In this document: piece by piece, positions 49,374 through 61,130 of the stretch | Layout: every line of letters starts with the position of its first letter | Position numbering within the stretch: position 1 is the first letter of the stretch | Translations under genes and position numbers: made by a program | Assembly: GCF_040938485.1 (NCBI RefSeq) | Contig: NW_027271997.1 | Coordinates: forward strand, 186,001-250,000 | DNA from: Diadema antillarum | Lineage: Eukaryota | Direction: 5' to 3' | DNA length: 64,000 nucleotides | Notes under the pieces: model-generated | Told to the model about the DNA's origin: nothing | The model's database searches: none | The model's input: only the letters and a program-made list of their open reading frames with translations

Positions 49374-49739
49374 TAATACACGGGAAGTACCAATTTCATA
49401 CTGGTTCCTTCCGTTAGGACGGCTGGAAGGACTATTTCAGTCAGCGCGTCTGGATCTGTAATAGCAAAGACAAAGCACCGAAATATAAACGGGTAGACAA
49501 ACTTAAATGAGACGTATTCCTGCTCGGTATTTTGATCCCCGATTCTTTTTATTTTATTTTATTTTTTCCGTGGGATGGGCAGAGGGTGTAGAAAACATAT
49601 ACCATCGTGTGCTTTTACGTCTTGTCCGCTACCGGCGGTTTCACGCTGCGGCGATTTTCAGGCAGACTTGACTTTCAAAGTGATGTGCTTCTGTGTTTAT
49701 GTGGCACGGTGGATCGGCTTAACGCATTTGCTACTCATC

Positions 49740-50200
49740 GGACTTTTTGTTGGTAGACTTCTGAAACTCATCAGCAAACACTCCCTCAAAGGGCACAAAC
49801 TGAACCCAATATTTAATAAGAACCCGATAAAAGTGAGCTACAGCTGTATGAAAAACGTACATAGATGCAGTCATAAAATCTCACTACCAAAAGAGTTATC
49901 AGGCAATTCAAGTCACGTGACACGGAACCCAAACCCAAATGCAACTGCCGCCAAAAAGACCAATGCCCGCTGAGAGGAAGATGCATGGAAACGGCTCTTC
50001 AGTTTTAAGGCAACCTTAAGACATGACAACGTGGAAAAATTTTACTACGGACTGGCGGGGAGTACATTCAAAGATAGATACAGGAACCATGTTAAATCGA
50101 GCAAGCATCAAAAATACAAAAATGAGACCCAGCTCTTACAGTACATCTGGAGCCTGAAAGACAAACATGCAAATTTCACACTAACATGGGACACCTTTCC
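49740..50200 (+). mobile_element. Penelope-like element fragment, C-terminal GIY-YIG endonuclease region
   Basis: Decayed HKLNPIFNKNPIKVSYSCMKN, CNCRQKDQCPLRGRC, FYYGLAGSTFKDRYRNH, ETQLLQYIWSLKDK..FTLTW. These motifs are typical of PLE ORF ends. Confidence 0.85.
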
Positions 50201-50636
50201 CCTCCCCCCCCCCCTCCACACACAAACTGGATTATTCAAGTTGTTCGTCTCGAGCTATTTAAGACGTTTTGTGGCCATTCTATTTTAAATCTTGAATGAT
50301 TTCCTATAAGTACAATTTGTCCATTTCATCGTAATTGAACTTACATTGTACTTCAAGATTTGTCATTAAGATTCTTCTGTTCGTCTATTTTTTCCCCTTG
50401 TAACCACTTGGTCTTCTTATCATTGTGCTTGATTGTAAAGAACAAACTTAGTAATTAATTTTCTTACTCAGGACCATTTTAGAGTGTGTGAATGCGTGTT
50501 GGCTAAATATGTCAGGTTTCTTCAGAAAGTGTGTGCAAATAGCACACCAAACCTTTTCCAAGTGTACAACTGCTAATTGGTCTTTCATTTGTTTTCTACA
50601 CAGTGCACATTGCCTAAGCCATATTGGGACCTTCTT

Positions 50637-50740
50637 CAGCAGGGTTTAACACTTATGGTGGCCCGGTGGCCGGGACCACTGCACATTGGTGCCGGGCAAC
50701 CAAATTTGCCTTTGGGTGATCCGGGCCCCGTTTTATCAAA
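50637..50740 (+). mobile_element. Terminal fragment of a CAGGG(C/T)T..ACACT..GGTGGCC DNA-transposon family
   Basis: Similar to the inverted terminus at about 16470-16553 (CAGGGCTCGACACTAACGGTGGCCGGTGG). Confidence 0.4.
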
Positions 50741-51580
50741 ATTACAAAATCGATTTTAAATTTCCTTACCACACAGGCTGCCATAGACTTACAATTGAAA
50801 TCAACTATATAATAGATTTTAACTCTTCATAAAACAGGGCCCCAATCGCGCAACCAAGACTAAAAAAGGATTGCCACTATTGCCTCTTATATTGCTACTT
50901 ATATTGGGGCACCAAATTTTCCGTATTACAGATTTTAGTGGCAGATGATCACATCTGTAACATGTTTAACTATGCAACAGCAGCAGGTATATTTGAAAAA
51001 AAAAAGATTGCAAATTATTGCATTTTCGTAACCATCGATCAACCTCTGGCGAAACTAAAACTCGGGTGAAGATGTTTGAATGGAGTGAAAACTGTGATAT
51101 TCGTAGCTTCGAACCTTCTGTATCCCTTGCCAGTAAATATTGCCGGTCATGTGAAAGACAAGACTTTTTTTGAATATAAATGATATCATATGAGATCATT
51201 ACGACCATTCCATGACCTTGTTTACATTGGTGTATTTGTATGTTGTGTATATAGTATCAGTTTGTCAAAATACTTCTATCAAAATATCAAAGCTGATATG
51301 ATTAAAATGAATATTTTCAGTACCTCCGCTGTCTCTATTGTGTCACATTTTGTTTAATACCCTGGAGGATTAATGAGGAGCATCAATGTAGCTTACACAC
51401 TACATTCCAGTCACGTACGTAGATGATAGTGTGATGGGTCTGTTTCTCATGAACACAGCATAAACTCGACACATATGTAGCAAGGTAAGTTTACATATAT
51501 ATACCGCACGCTTGGATGTTTGATACCCAGAAGCACATTATCTACTGCAGGAAAATGTGTTGCACAACCCACATCACGCA

Positions 51581-51619
<39 letters not shown>

Positions 51620-51860
51620 AACAACAGGGGAAAGACCCCATTATTGTTGATAGTGCATTTGTGACCACAAGACGCATTTACTGTGCATGACAGATTCTTA
51701 CAATGTGGTACAGTGGACGACCAAGAGGTATATTGTGGGGGTTCTACCTTATGTTTCGCTTTCTGTAGTCAAGACACTGTGAGGGTAAAAAGGACTACAT
51801 GTATTTGCTTATTGAAGAAAACAACGGGGTACTCCCACAATGTACCTATTGCTAGTATGT

Positions 51861-52028
51861 GTGGACTCCCATTATAACAAAGTCCTCGTTTGATATCGTT
51901 ATATCGAAATTGCGTTATAACCAAACAAACAATAAAAAGAAATGGAGCGGGTAATGTTGGGGCGTTGATTCTTACTTCTTGTAACCAGAATTTCGTTCAT
52001 AACTGGTCATTATGACGAGAGTGCACTG
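51861..52028. mobile_element. Tc1/pogo-type MITE, same family as 36364-36895
   Basis: GGACTCCCATTATAAC ... TTATGACGAGAGTGCACTG|TA. Confidence 0.65.
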
Positions 52029-52202
52029 TACAACAAAATGTTTAGGACTAAGGCTTTCATCAGAGGGCCCACACATGATCAATGGATTCCCATTAAAACG
52101 AACTCCTTTTCTGGAATCCAAAGTCTTTTTGTAAGCTTTTTGGTTACAAGAAACAGTCTTCGTTAGTTACATTGCATGTGCAGTGCAACTTGTCTGTGGT
52201 TT

Positions 52203-52258
52203 TTAAAGGGGATGACAGTACTTGTAGTTTAGACGGATCCGCAGGTTTCCAGCTGTGT

Positions 52259-52297
<39 letters not shown>

Positions 52298-52694
52298 TGT
52301 GTGTGCTGGCGTTTGTAGGATGAGAAGATACCTCTTATGAAATAACGTACATATATGAAAGAACATGGAATCTATTTGATGAACATTTATTCATTCTTCT
52401 GTTTATCTGTTTGATAAATAGTTTATTTGATGAAAATTGGGTCTTGAAATGGCCGAGATATCCAAAAAAGCAATCCTAGTAAAATGTGACAGCCACGACT
52501 TCATTAGGATCTCTCTTGTTTTCCCTTGTTTTTGGATATCTTGGTCATTTCAAATCCAATTTTCATTAAATAAATATCCCATTCACCCGAAGAATTGTAT
52601 TCTCTTTCTGTAACATTTCAGAGTGGTTTCTAAATATCTCACAAAAAGTTACAAGCTGAATCCTCACCTCAACCAATACTATACCATCCCTTTA
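52203..52694. mobile_element. Kolobok-like palindromic MITE with inserted (TG)n
   Basis: TTAAAGGGGATG ... CATCCCTTTA termini and internal arms homologous to 11138-11528. Confidence 0.65.
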
Positions 52695-55331
52695 TTGTAA
52701 GCCTAAAAAATGTACCATGCAGAAACAATAAATGAAATAAAATGAAATGAAATGTTCTAACACACAATTTGAACGAAACATTAACCGTGTGTGACATATT
52801 GCATATGAAGGGTTTTATGTATGTGTGGTAGGGTGCTATGTGTGTGTGTGTGTGTGTGTCATGTAGAAATGAAATCTCTCACCACAGCCAAATAATATGT
52901 TACACAACATTGTCACTGACAATAACCACAATGTCATGACTCTCTACAACCATCTTTTGCTATAATGATGCAAGACTTTGTTTTATTAAGAGCCTATTCC
53001 ACCTTAACTCACACTGGCAACTATGGAGACACAGAGATTAAACGGAAAGAGCCTATGGATTGAGTGATTGAAAACTGGCTGATACACAGAGCCAAGCAAT
53101 TACCAGCAAACCTGTGACCTTGATTAGCTAAGAGTCACTGTATCTTTCCAACAAATGGAAAAAAAAAAGCCTTCACAGCGTACACCAGCCATGTATACAC
53201 CATCACACACACACACACACACAAACAGAAAAATTACAGTTCATAAATCTGGGATTTAAGTACAAATTTGTGTCAATAGTACGAGTCAATGTAAAATGCG
53301 CTGAAATGCTGCAGTACCAAATTGCGTGTTAACCATGCGTGTAAGTGATTTATCATATTCAGCACAAGAACAAGTTACTTTTGTGGTGACCACTATACTG
53401 TGAATAGTATTCAATAATAAGAAAACACTATTTCAGCTTTTTTTAACTTTTAGATAACAAGGAATAGGGCTACGCAGTACAACTTCTTGAGCCCCAAGCG
53501 ATATCCAGAGTGCACACACTATGTAAATAAATTACATACAACTGAGCCATGAAAATCAGGGTTAAGTTTTTCTTGCTACTTTTGGTTATTATACAAGGTG
53601 CTCAAGGAAGGTTTTTTCTTCTTTTTTCGTCTTATTGATGCATGCACATTATACATACTGCCATCTATGCTAACTTTCACAAGACAACTACAGCACTCTC
53701 TCCTAGACTAGCTTATGCTGTTCTTATCTCATTCCACAAGGGTAAGTTTACTATTAGTACTCATATCAAGAATACACAATGTTCCACCACAACCTGATCC
53801 CAGTTCACTCTGAGATCTCTACAAATAACATACATGGGCACGCCAATGAGTCCACTATGCAACAGATTTCATGGAAATAACTTCCCACAGACTGTAAAAT
53901 CGGATAAAATTAAATGGCCATACACAGCCCAAATTCCACGAAAATTCTTCTCTGGTCAGGTGTGTACATCCCTGCCAAAGAAAACTAGACCTAAAATACA
54001 GTGCGTGAATACATATGAAGAATACACATCAACCAGAATACACACAATGGCTCTGTAGCATATTACAAGGATAATTTTCCTGAAGTGCATGGCTGACATA
54101 CATAGAGCAGCACAAAACAAGGAATACATAAACATGGTCTGAATGAACTTAATGAATACATTTGATAATTGCTAATGACTTTTTTCAATGAATCCTGATT
54201 TGCATGAATTTCCCTTCGCTCTGATATTTTGCTCAGTTTACTTTCAATTGATAACATTTTTATATCAAAAAGCATTGACAACTTGTATCATTTTGCCTGA
54301 AATTCTGCAACACAGCATATCATAGAAGCTATCAATATCACAACTAGACATTATTGACATGGTTGGTATCAGGCCAGAGTGCTTGAATCTAGGGTCCCAC
54401 TCCAGTTTTTATTACATCATTACAAACCACACCCACATAGTCTCATCACCACAGCAACCACATCCACTGCTTGGTATAATTTTTAGCTGTATAAACAGTA
54501 TCATAAAAGACACTATAACATGAGGCTCTTATATATTCAGCAAAACCTAAGACACAGAGATTTTGATTTACTGGTTTTCACAGAACACTTCAGAAGAGTT
54601 GTGGTAATCTGGAAATCTACCTAGGCATAGCCAGTGTGGTCTACATAGAAAAGGTGGAATTCTGACAGGAAAAAAACAAAACAAAGCAAGACATTCCAGG
54701 AAACTACTGAAGCACAGAAAGGAAGATAGACGACAAACCGTTCAGTGTTGTATGCTGCCATTTACATCTTCAATACATATTTTGGGATTTCTGGGATCTT
54801 TTTATGCTTTCACATAAGGATGATTTCATGATTATTTTGGGCCTTTGAAGGTAATTCCATTGAAATGAAGTTTGTGAAAGTTCTTAAACATCATGTTGAC
54901 AATAAACATCATGTTGACAAATGTTTAGCTAATTTGACAAAGTTAGTGTTTTGTGCTGTACATCTTTTGCAATTGTTTACAATTAAGTAGGTGAATGAGT
55001 AGACTGGATAGATATGATGCAAGGATGATTTTTAATCTATATATATCAGCCCAAGATTGGAGGCCAGTATAATCCCAGTTTCCCTACACTAAACTTATGA
55101 ACGCAATTCACAATATTTTTAGTCAGTTCCTTGAAGATGAAAACGGCAGTGCTGGAAATGCTTCCACACCAACAGACCAATCACGAGTGTTTGGCCACAA
55201 CTGGTGTGCTGGTCTGAACTTATTGTCTCTTTAATACACAACTACACCATGATCTTGGAAAAGATGAAACAACCCCACCCTGGCCATCACTGCTACCCTC
55301 GGGAAGGCGCAGGGATTGGGAGGGTGGGGTA

Positions 55332-58300
55332 CTAGTTCTGGAACATGTTGTTGGTGAATTTGACGTAGTCCAACGCCCCTGGGACCTCTCTCCCCTTGCT
55401 GTCCTTGTATGGTTCCATTCGTAAGATGCAGTACTCTGCCAAGTCGGTTTGAAGATTCTGTGATATACAAAGAAACCACGAAAACAATGCCATATAACCA
55501 GTCTTCACTGAATTGGTCGGAACACTGCGAACGCAAGCAAGCAATTATCAGAAATGGAAACTTGACATCAGTCATTTTGATCTCAAAGACATGTGACCAA
55601 TACAAGCCTACAATGGTTGTAAAAGTTTTTTCTTGCAAAAGTGTAATTTGCAGGAAGACGACAACACTTTCAACTCATGACAATCATCACTAACATATAA
55701 TTTTATATCTGTAATTTATCATAAGTATTGATATCAACAGTAACAAACACAAATGTGACAGTCTACATGAGTAACAGAAGAAATTATGATACTGACTATT
55801 CTTTCCTTACTATGAGTTCACCTGGGGTTGACAAATACAGCTGTGACCAACATCTCTGTTCAGTGATAACATTTGTGACTGTGATATTCTACGACTTTTC
55901 TCGCCTGTCTATGGGGGATCCTTCATAAACCGTGACTTTCGTGTGATTTTACTCTAACTAGTATTTGTTGATTTTAAGTTTGACTATGAGGTAGGGTTTC
56001 TGCTTTAAGGTCAACTGAAAAAAAATGGTCTGTGCAAATAACAAATCTTAAATCTGGATGAAGGGGGATATATATTGTATATACATATTCCAAGTTAGTT
56101 AATTGCCCCTAAAGTTGTGACATTATCAACTTGTTCTACGAAAACAGGTGAACATATACACAAACGAGATGAATTTATGCAACGTAAAGAAATACAACAA
56201 TGAATTATAGTGCAGACAAATGAAGCTAAATAGAGGTGATTTGACAAACGGACATGGTCCAGTAAGCATCTTAATTGGAGAAATAAACAGAACACACTCT
56301 TAATTCAAATTCGTGAAATTCTTCCATCGCAAGATTGTTTTTATGCAACTGATTGACAAATTGCCCTACATTGACATAAATAAGCACTGAATTGATCAGT
56401 GTTTTAGTAGTAGCCATGATAAAAGAAATCATGGGCATACGTACTGACATCGACGTACTGACATCGACATACTTCACATTGATGTAGGGCAATTTGTCAA
56501 TTAGTAGCATAAAAAACAACACTTCTTAATGTTCAGGAGAGCGATAAAATGTGGCAGCAACAACACTGTAACAAATGAGGTTGCCTTTCCTTTGACATGC
56601 CTTGGTGGCTACATGTTTGCGGGGGCGGATCCAGGAATTCCGTAAAGAGGGGGCGTGCTTACAAAATTAAAGGGGGGGGGCACATGCACCCCTCCTCCCT
56701 TTTTTTTCTTTTTATTTCTTTTGTTTCAACAAAAAATAATGGGGGGGGGGGCGTGCGCCGGTTGCAGTCCTCCCTGGATCCGCCACTGGTTTGTGGTAAG
56801 ACAGCTGGGGCTTGAATCACCTGATTATCTCATAATTAATTCCCCCCAAGAGTGATTTTCATCAAAATTTGAGACATAAGATTCTGTCACCCAGTGATGA
56901 TACGGAGTGTTACATGATGAAAAAGTTGAGTTAGCCCTCTACTTGCCACATTAATAATTCCCTTTTATTACACCCATTGATAATATGTATGAAACATGTG
57001 CACATTCACAGGGGCAGATCCAGGGAGGACCGCAACCGGCGCACGCCCCCCCCCCCTTTATTTTTTGTTGAAACAAAAGAAATAAAAAGAAAAAAATGGG
57101 GGAGGGGTGCGTGCGCCCCCCCCCTTTAATTTTGCAAACGCGCTTCCTCTTTACGGAATTCCTGGATTCGCCCCTGCATTCACAACTCATTGGCAAACAA
57201 AGGGTTGACAGACTCACAGCATAGAGCTCTTGCTTGGTAACATAGGGCTTGCCCTCGGCACTGAGAGCCCTGAAAGCATTCTCAATCTCATCCTTGGATT
57301 GGACATTCTCCGTCTCTCGGCTGATCATGAATGACATGTACTCCTGGAGACTCACAAAGCCATCCCTGAAAGAGGACAAGACAGATTCATTCCTTGAAAA
57401 TTTAAAGTTTCATGGAAAAAAAAATGGAATAAGAAAGCTCTCTTCATATGGCTATAATACATGGCAGTATACTTACGGTACTATACACCTGTTATAATCA
57501 ACATCTGAGACAAAATCAATAAAATCTGAACCACTACATACATGCATTTCTTGGCAAAGAAATAGCTAATATTGTGTGGTTAGGTCACACACACACATGG
57601 CTCATATCCTAGATATAGCTTGGCTTGCTTTTCATTTTGATATGAAACACAATGTGATTAGAATACGGGTTTGGGACTATTAACTCCGTTGAGGACGGGG
57701 TGATTTTGCTACAACATGCATTACCCATAGACATCTGCTGGAGTATACTTGGGACTTAAATCCTCAACAGGTTAATCATCATTTCTACTGAGGAGAAAAG
57801 AAAGGTACTCATCAATCATCCACTTTCACACAATACTGGACTATAACACCACAGGTCTAAGGATATACTGCTATTAGGGACATTTTGATTTGATGTCCTA
57901 GATGTGGACATCAAGGTAATGACGTCATTTAAAGGAACGGCCCATGCTCCAGATCCTCTAGCACGTCCAATGCCAGAATCGAGAACGCTTCTTCTTAAGA
58001 TTTCACGTCCTCCTAGATTCAGGACGTGAGTGATGTCATTGCTTGGCGCACCAATTACCAGCCCACGGGAGGGGACGAGGCCATGACATCATAACAAGTA
58101 TGTTGTGAATGATGTGCACTGAAAATCGAAATGGGCGATAATACTGCAGACGTAACGAGTGGACTGCAGCATTTAGGAACCGCTCTTGTACAAGAAAGGC
58201 ATCATCGTCCACACAATCGAAAAGTCCATATTGATGCAAATGAGACATAAATAGTTAGAGAGGGCACCCCCACCTGTTGGGATCGACGATGTCGAGGATG

Positions 58301-61130
58301 GAGAGGAAGACGGGTTCCTCTTGACCCTCTTCCACCATGGGCAGGTCATAGCCCAGTGACCGCAGGCAGGACTTGAACTCTGTGTGGTCAAGCTTGCCAG
58401 ATTTGTCCTTGTCGAAATGCCTTGGGAGGGAAAGAGAATTGGGTGGATATTAGGATAAATTGGCTAGGTGTGCACAAAAGATATCTAGAAACAAGACATA
58501 AGCAAAGCAGCCTCATACATACCTGCTTACATTGTCACCCAGGATTGCATTCTAATTGGCTAAAAAGATTTTTGTTCTGACAAGGAGGTTGAAACATTTA
58601 AAGTTACTTATGAACTGCATTCCAATTCTTGAAGCTGATAAGGTTTCAGAGTTTCCTAATCTTACAACAATGAATATGACATATTTCTTTCTTTCGCTCT
58701 GCCAACTAATATCTAAAAGATTCATAATTATGATGCATTCAAAAACACACTCCAGCGTCACTTCAGTTGTTATTTAGCTGCACATCACATCACAGTGCTG
58801 AGCGATACTCTCTACCCAGAGTTTTCCAGCGTATTCAATCCAGATCCAGATCCAGAAATGAAACATGTGTGACAATCAATTCATAACAAAATGGCACATT
58901 GAATGTTTTGCAAACTACAGAGACCACAAATGAAAGAGGGGCATTTCATGAAATGTTTTGTCAGATATTTTTTTTTGTGACAAACTGTTATAAGCTACTG
59001 AAATTCTTGCACCTGATTGGCTGAGAGCAAATTTGTCCGACAAATTTGTTGGACAAAACGCTTCATGAAATTCCCCCATGATTTTGAACTTTCATTGATA
59101 AGATTGCTGTAAGTTTAAATGTCATTGTTGAAATCTTTTTAAGAGTCCCAACTGTCCACTTCAACATCTACTACATTACCAGACAGTCTAAATGATTGTC
59201 TATTCAGTCATAAATGAAATTTAAAGAGCAGGTTGAAAGCCTGGTAGAGGAATCTTACTTGAACATCATGCTGAACTCCTTGAGGGACTCCTCACTGACT
59301 CCTGTGGTGTTCCTACAAGGAAGAGACAACAAGGTCGGCAGTGTTACCACTTGTTGTTACTCGTTGCTTGTTACAGTACGATGTTATTCATTCCCTACCA
59401 TCCAGTTTGGCTACTCAGTAATATTGCACCGAGGGTGATACAACTGATGATGCTAGTTAATAGGACACAGAAATCCTTCGCAGTGAGATATCTATGCAGA
59501 ATCATCCCATTACTGACCTTGTCTCAAGAAAGAAAAAAAAAAACATTGGTCATATGAATTGTGTATGGTAGCAAACATAGAAATATACAGGTCAATTGAA
59601 AAATATACAAGGCATATTATATGAATATATTTATATTCATAATAAAAAAAAGAAGAAGAAAGACTAACTATGCTGGTCCATTTCTCTCTTACCTGGCCTG
59701 GATTTGTTGTTCCAAGTTGTGAGTCATACGCATACCAAGCTGGTCTAGCTGGTCCCACTGTTGGGCCAGTCCCACTGTCGAGTGCTCCGTGTACCTGTGG
59801 ACATCATAAACACACAACATTATTACCATGTTACGACATGGATAACATCATTTTGTGATTTCATCCCACTTGACTGAAAAATCTGATACTACACTTAAAT
59901 AATCAAATGAGGGTAAAGAAAGAATGGCCATTCAAATGATGACTGTTTATGGCATGCTCTTTACATCACCCAGCATCACTTAGAATGAATACAGGTAAGT
60001 GCCATGCATGAGTAATATGTTATACACTTTACATAACAAACTACTACCTGCGTACTTGTACTGGGGGCTGTTTCAGTCATTATAGGGAGTTCTATGATCT
60101 TGACACTTCTTTAAACTATATCAAGTATTGAAATTTGTCACAAAGTGGGAAGGTTTGGGGCTGGAATGTCTCTAAAGTCTATGCTGATGCAACATAAATA
60201 TACTTGCTCCTTGAAAAACACAAAATAGCCTAATTAGTTGGCATGTGATTTATTGCACAATAATATGAAGAGCTCCCTTTAAAAATCTGCATTCCCTCCT
60301 TTTGAAATGTTACTCTTTATGTCAATAAGAGCTTTGCTGAAAGAAAATCCAGACACTTACACAAAAAACAAACATTTTGCAATATGTTCACTGATCTTGA
60401 CAAATTGTAACAGGGTTTGCACTCCACAAGTTAAATTTCTTTGTTTTGCCACGCTACTAACCGGTTGTCTAGAATGAGGCGTTCTTCCATCTTGGCTCCC
60501 AGGTCTTCAATCTTCTTCAGGGTGCTCTTTTGTGCTCTCACTTCATTGATCTTAGCCTGAGAGTGAAGTAAAAAACAATTCTCATGATTAGATTATATGC
60601 TCATTGATACAAACATATGAGAAACAAACAAATACCTTACACTACTAAGTATCTTATGCTGCCTCCAATGTTGAAAATTGAAATGCTGATTATACAAACA
60701 CGCATACACACACAAACAAACATTGAGGTGGTATACAAGCCCAATGATCATTGATGTATGACTACTATTTGGACCCTCTTTTCTACTCCCAGTACAGGGG
60801 ATCCTCATTATAACGACGTACTTGGTACAATTTGAATTCCCTCATTATACCAGGTAACTCATTGTGTTAGGGATAAAAAAAGAATATCAAAGGAAAGGGA
60901 CATGCCAAATTACCTCAATATTTCAGGTATCTCAGTATATCTGATGTCTTTATAATGAGGTTCTACTGCATTGGCTTTACAGAAGACCTGTGAAAGTGAT
61001 TTCACTACATGTCAGTTTACAATAGATTCATTATCTGCTCTGGGACACTCTCATTGTAACAAGTGAGGTTCTCACCTTGAGAGCTTCCAGCTGGGACTCC
61101 AAGTTTCCAGACTCCTCCACCATAGCCACT
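55332..61130 (-). CDS. SPTAN1: Spectrin alpha chain, non-erythrocytic (3' seven constitutive exons; gene enters from beyond the right edge)
   Basis: Exons 61130-61076, 60556-60462, 59794-59693, 59312-59259, 58420-58274, 57365-57218, 55457-55332 are phase-consistent. They give [135 protein letters not shown]...[25 protein letters not shown]...[13 protein letters not shown] (last spectrin repeats plus EF hands). Confidence 0.97.
56337..56517. repeat. About 180-bp palindromic element with central 14-bp tandem repeat
   Basis: Arms GTTTTTATGCAACTGATTGACAAATTGCCCTACATTG / ATTGATGTAGGGCAATTTGTCAATTAGTAGCATAAAAAAC. The left arm is also seen at about 16400-16440. Confidence 0.7.
56620..56788 (+). mobile_element. 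165-bp GGATCC-TIR MITE, copy 2
   Basis: Near-identical to 12345-12509; flanking direct repeat GTTTG. Confidence 0.9.
57009..57176 (-). mobile_element. 165-bp GGATCC-TIR MITE, copy 3 (inverted)
   Basis: Reverse complement of copies 1 and 2; flanking direct repeat CATTCA. Confidence 0.9.
58938..59077. mobile_element. PIF/Harbinger-like MITE related to 9063-9209
   Basis: GGGGCATTTCATGAAA ... TTCATGAAATTCCCC termini and the shared CTGATTGGCTGAGAG core. Confidence 0.7.
60795..60968. mobile_element. Tc1/pogo-type MITE (degenerate)
   Basis: TA|CAGGGGATCCTCATTATAACG ... TTATAATGAGGTTCTACTG. Confidence 0.6.

Larger units (their letters stand above)
42425..49720 (-). mobile_element. Decayed Polinton/Maverick-like element (partial): pPolB plus unknown accessory ORFs
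   Basis: Diagnostic pPolB remnants and co-oriented small ORFs with their own promoter-like motifs. No TIRs, integrase, ATPase, protease or capsid were recognised, and the boundaries are approximate. Confidence 0.8.

Noticed and set aside
59440-59480. CTGATGA...GAAA hammerhead candidate
   Set aside because: No convincing stem I, II or III pairing.
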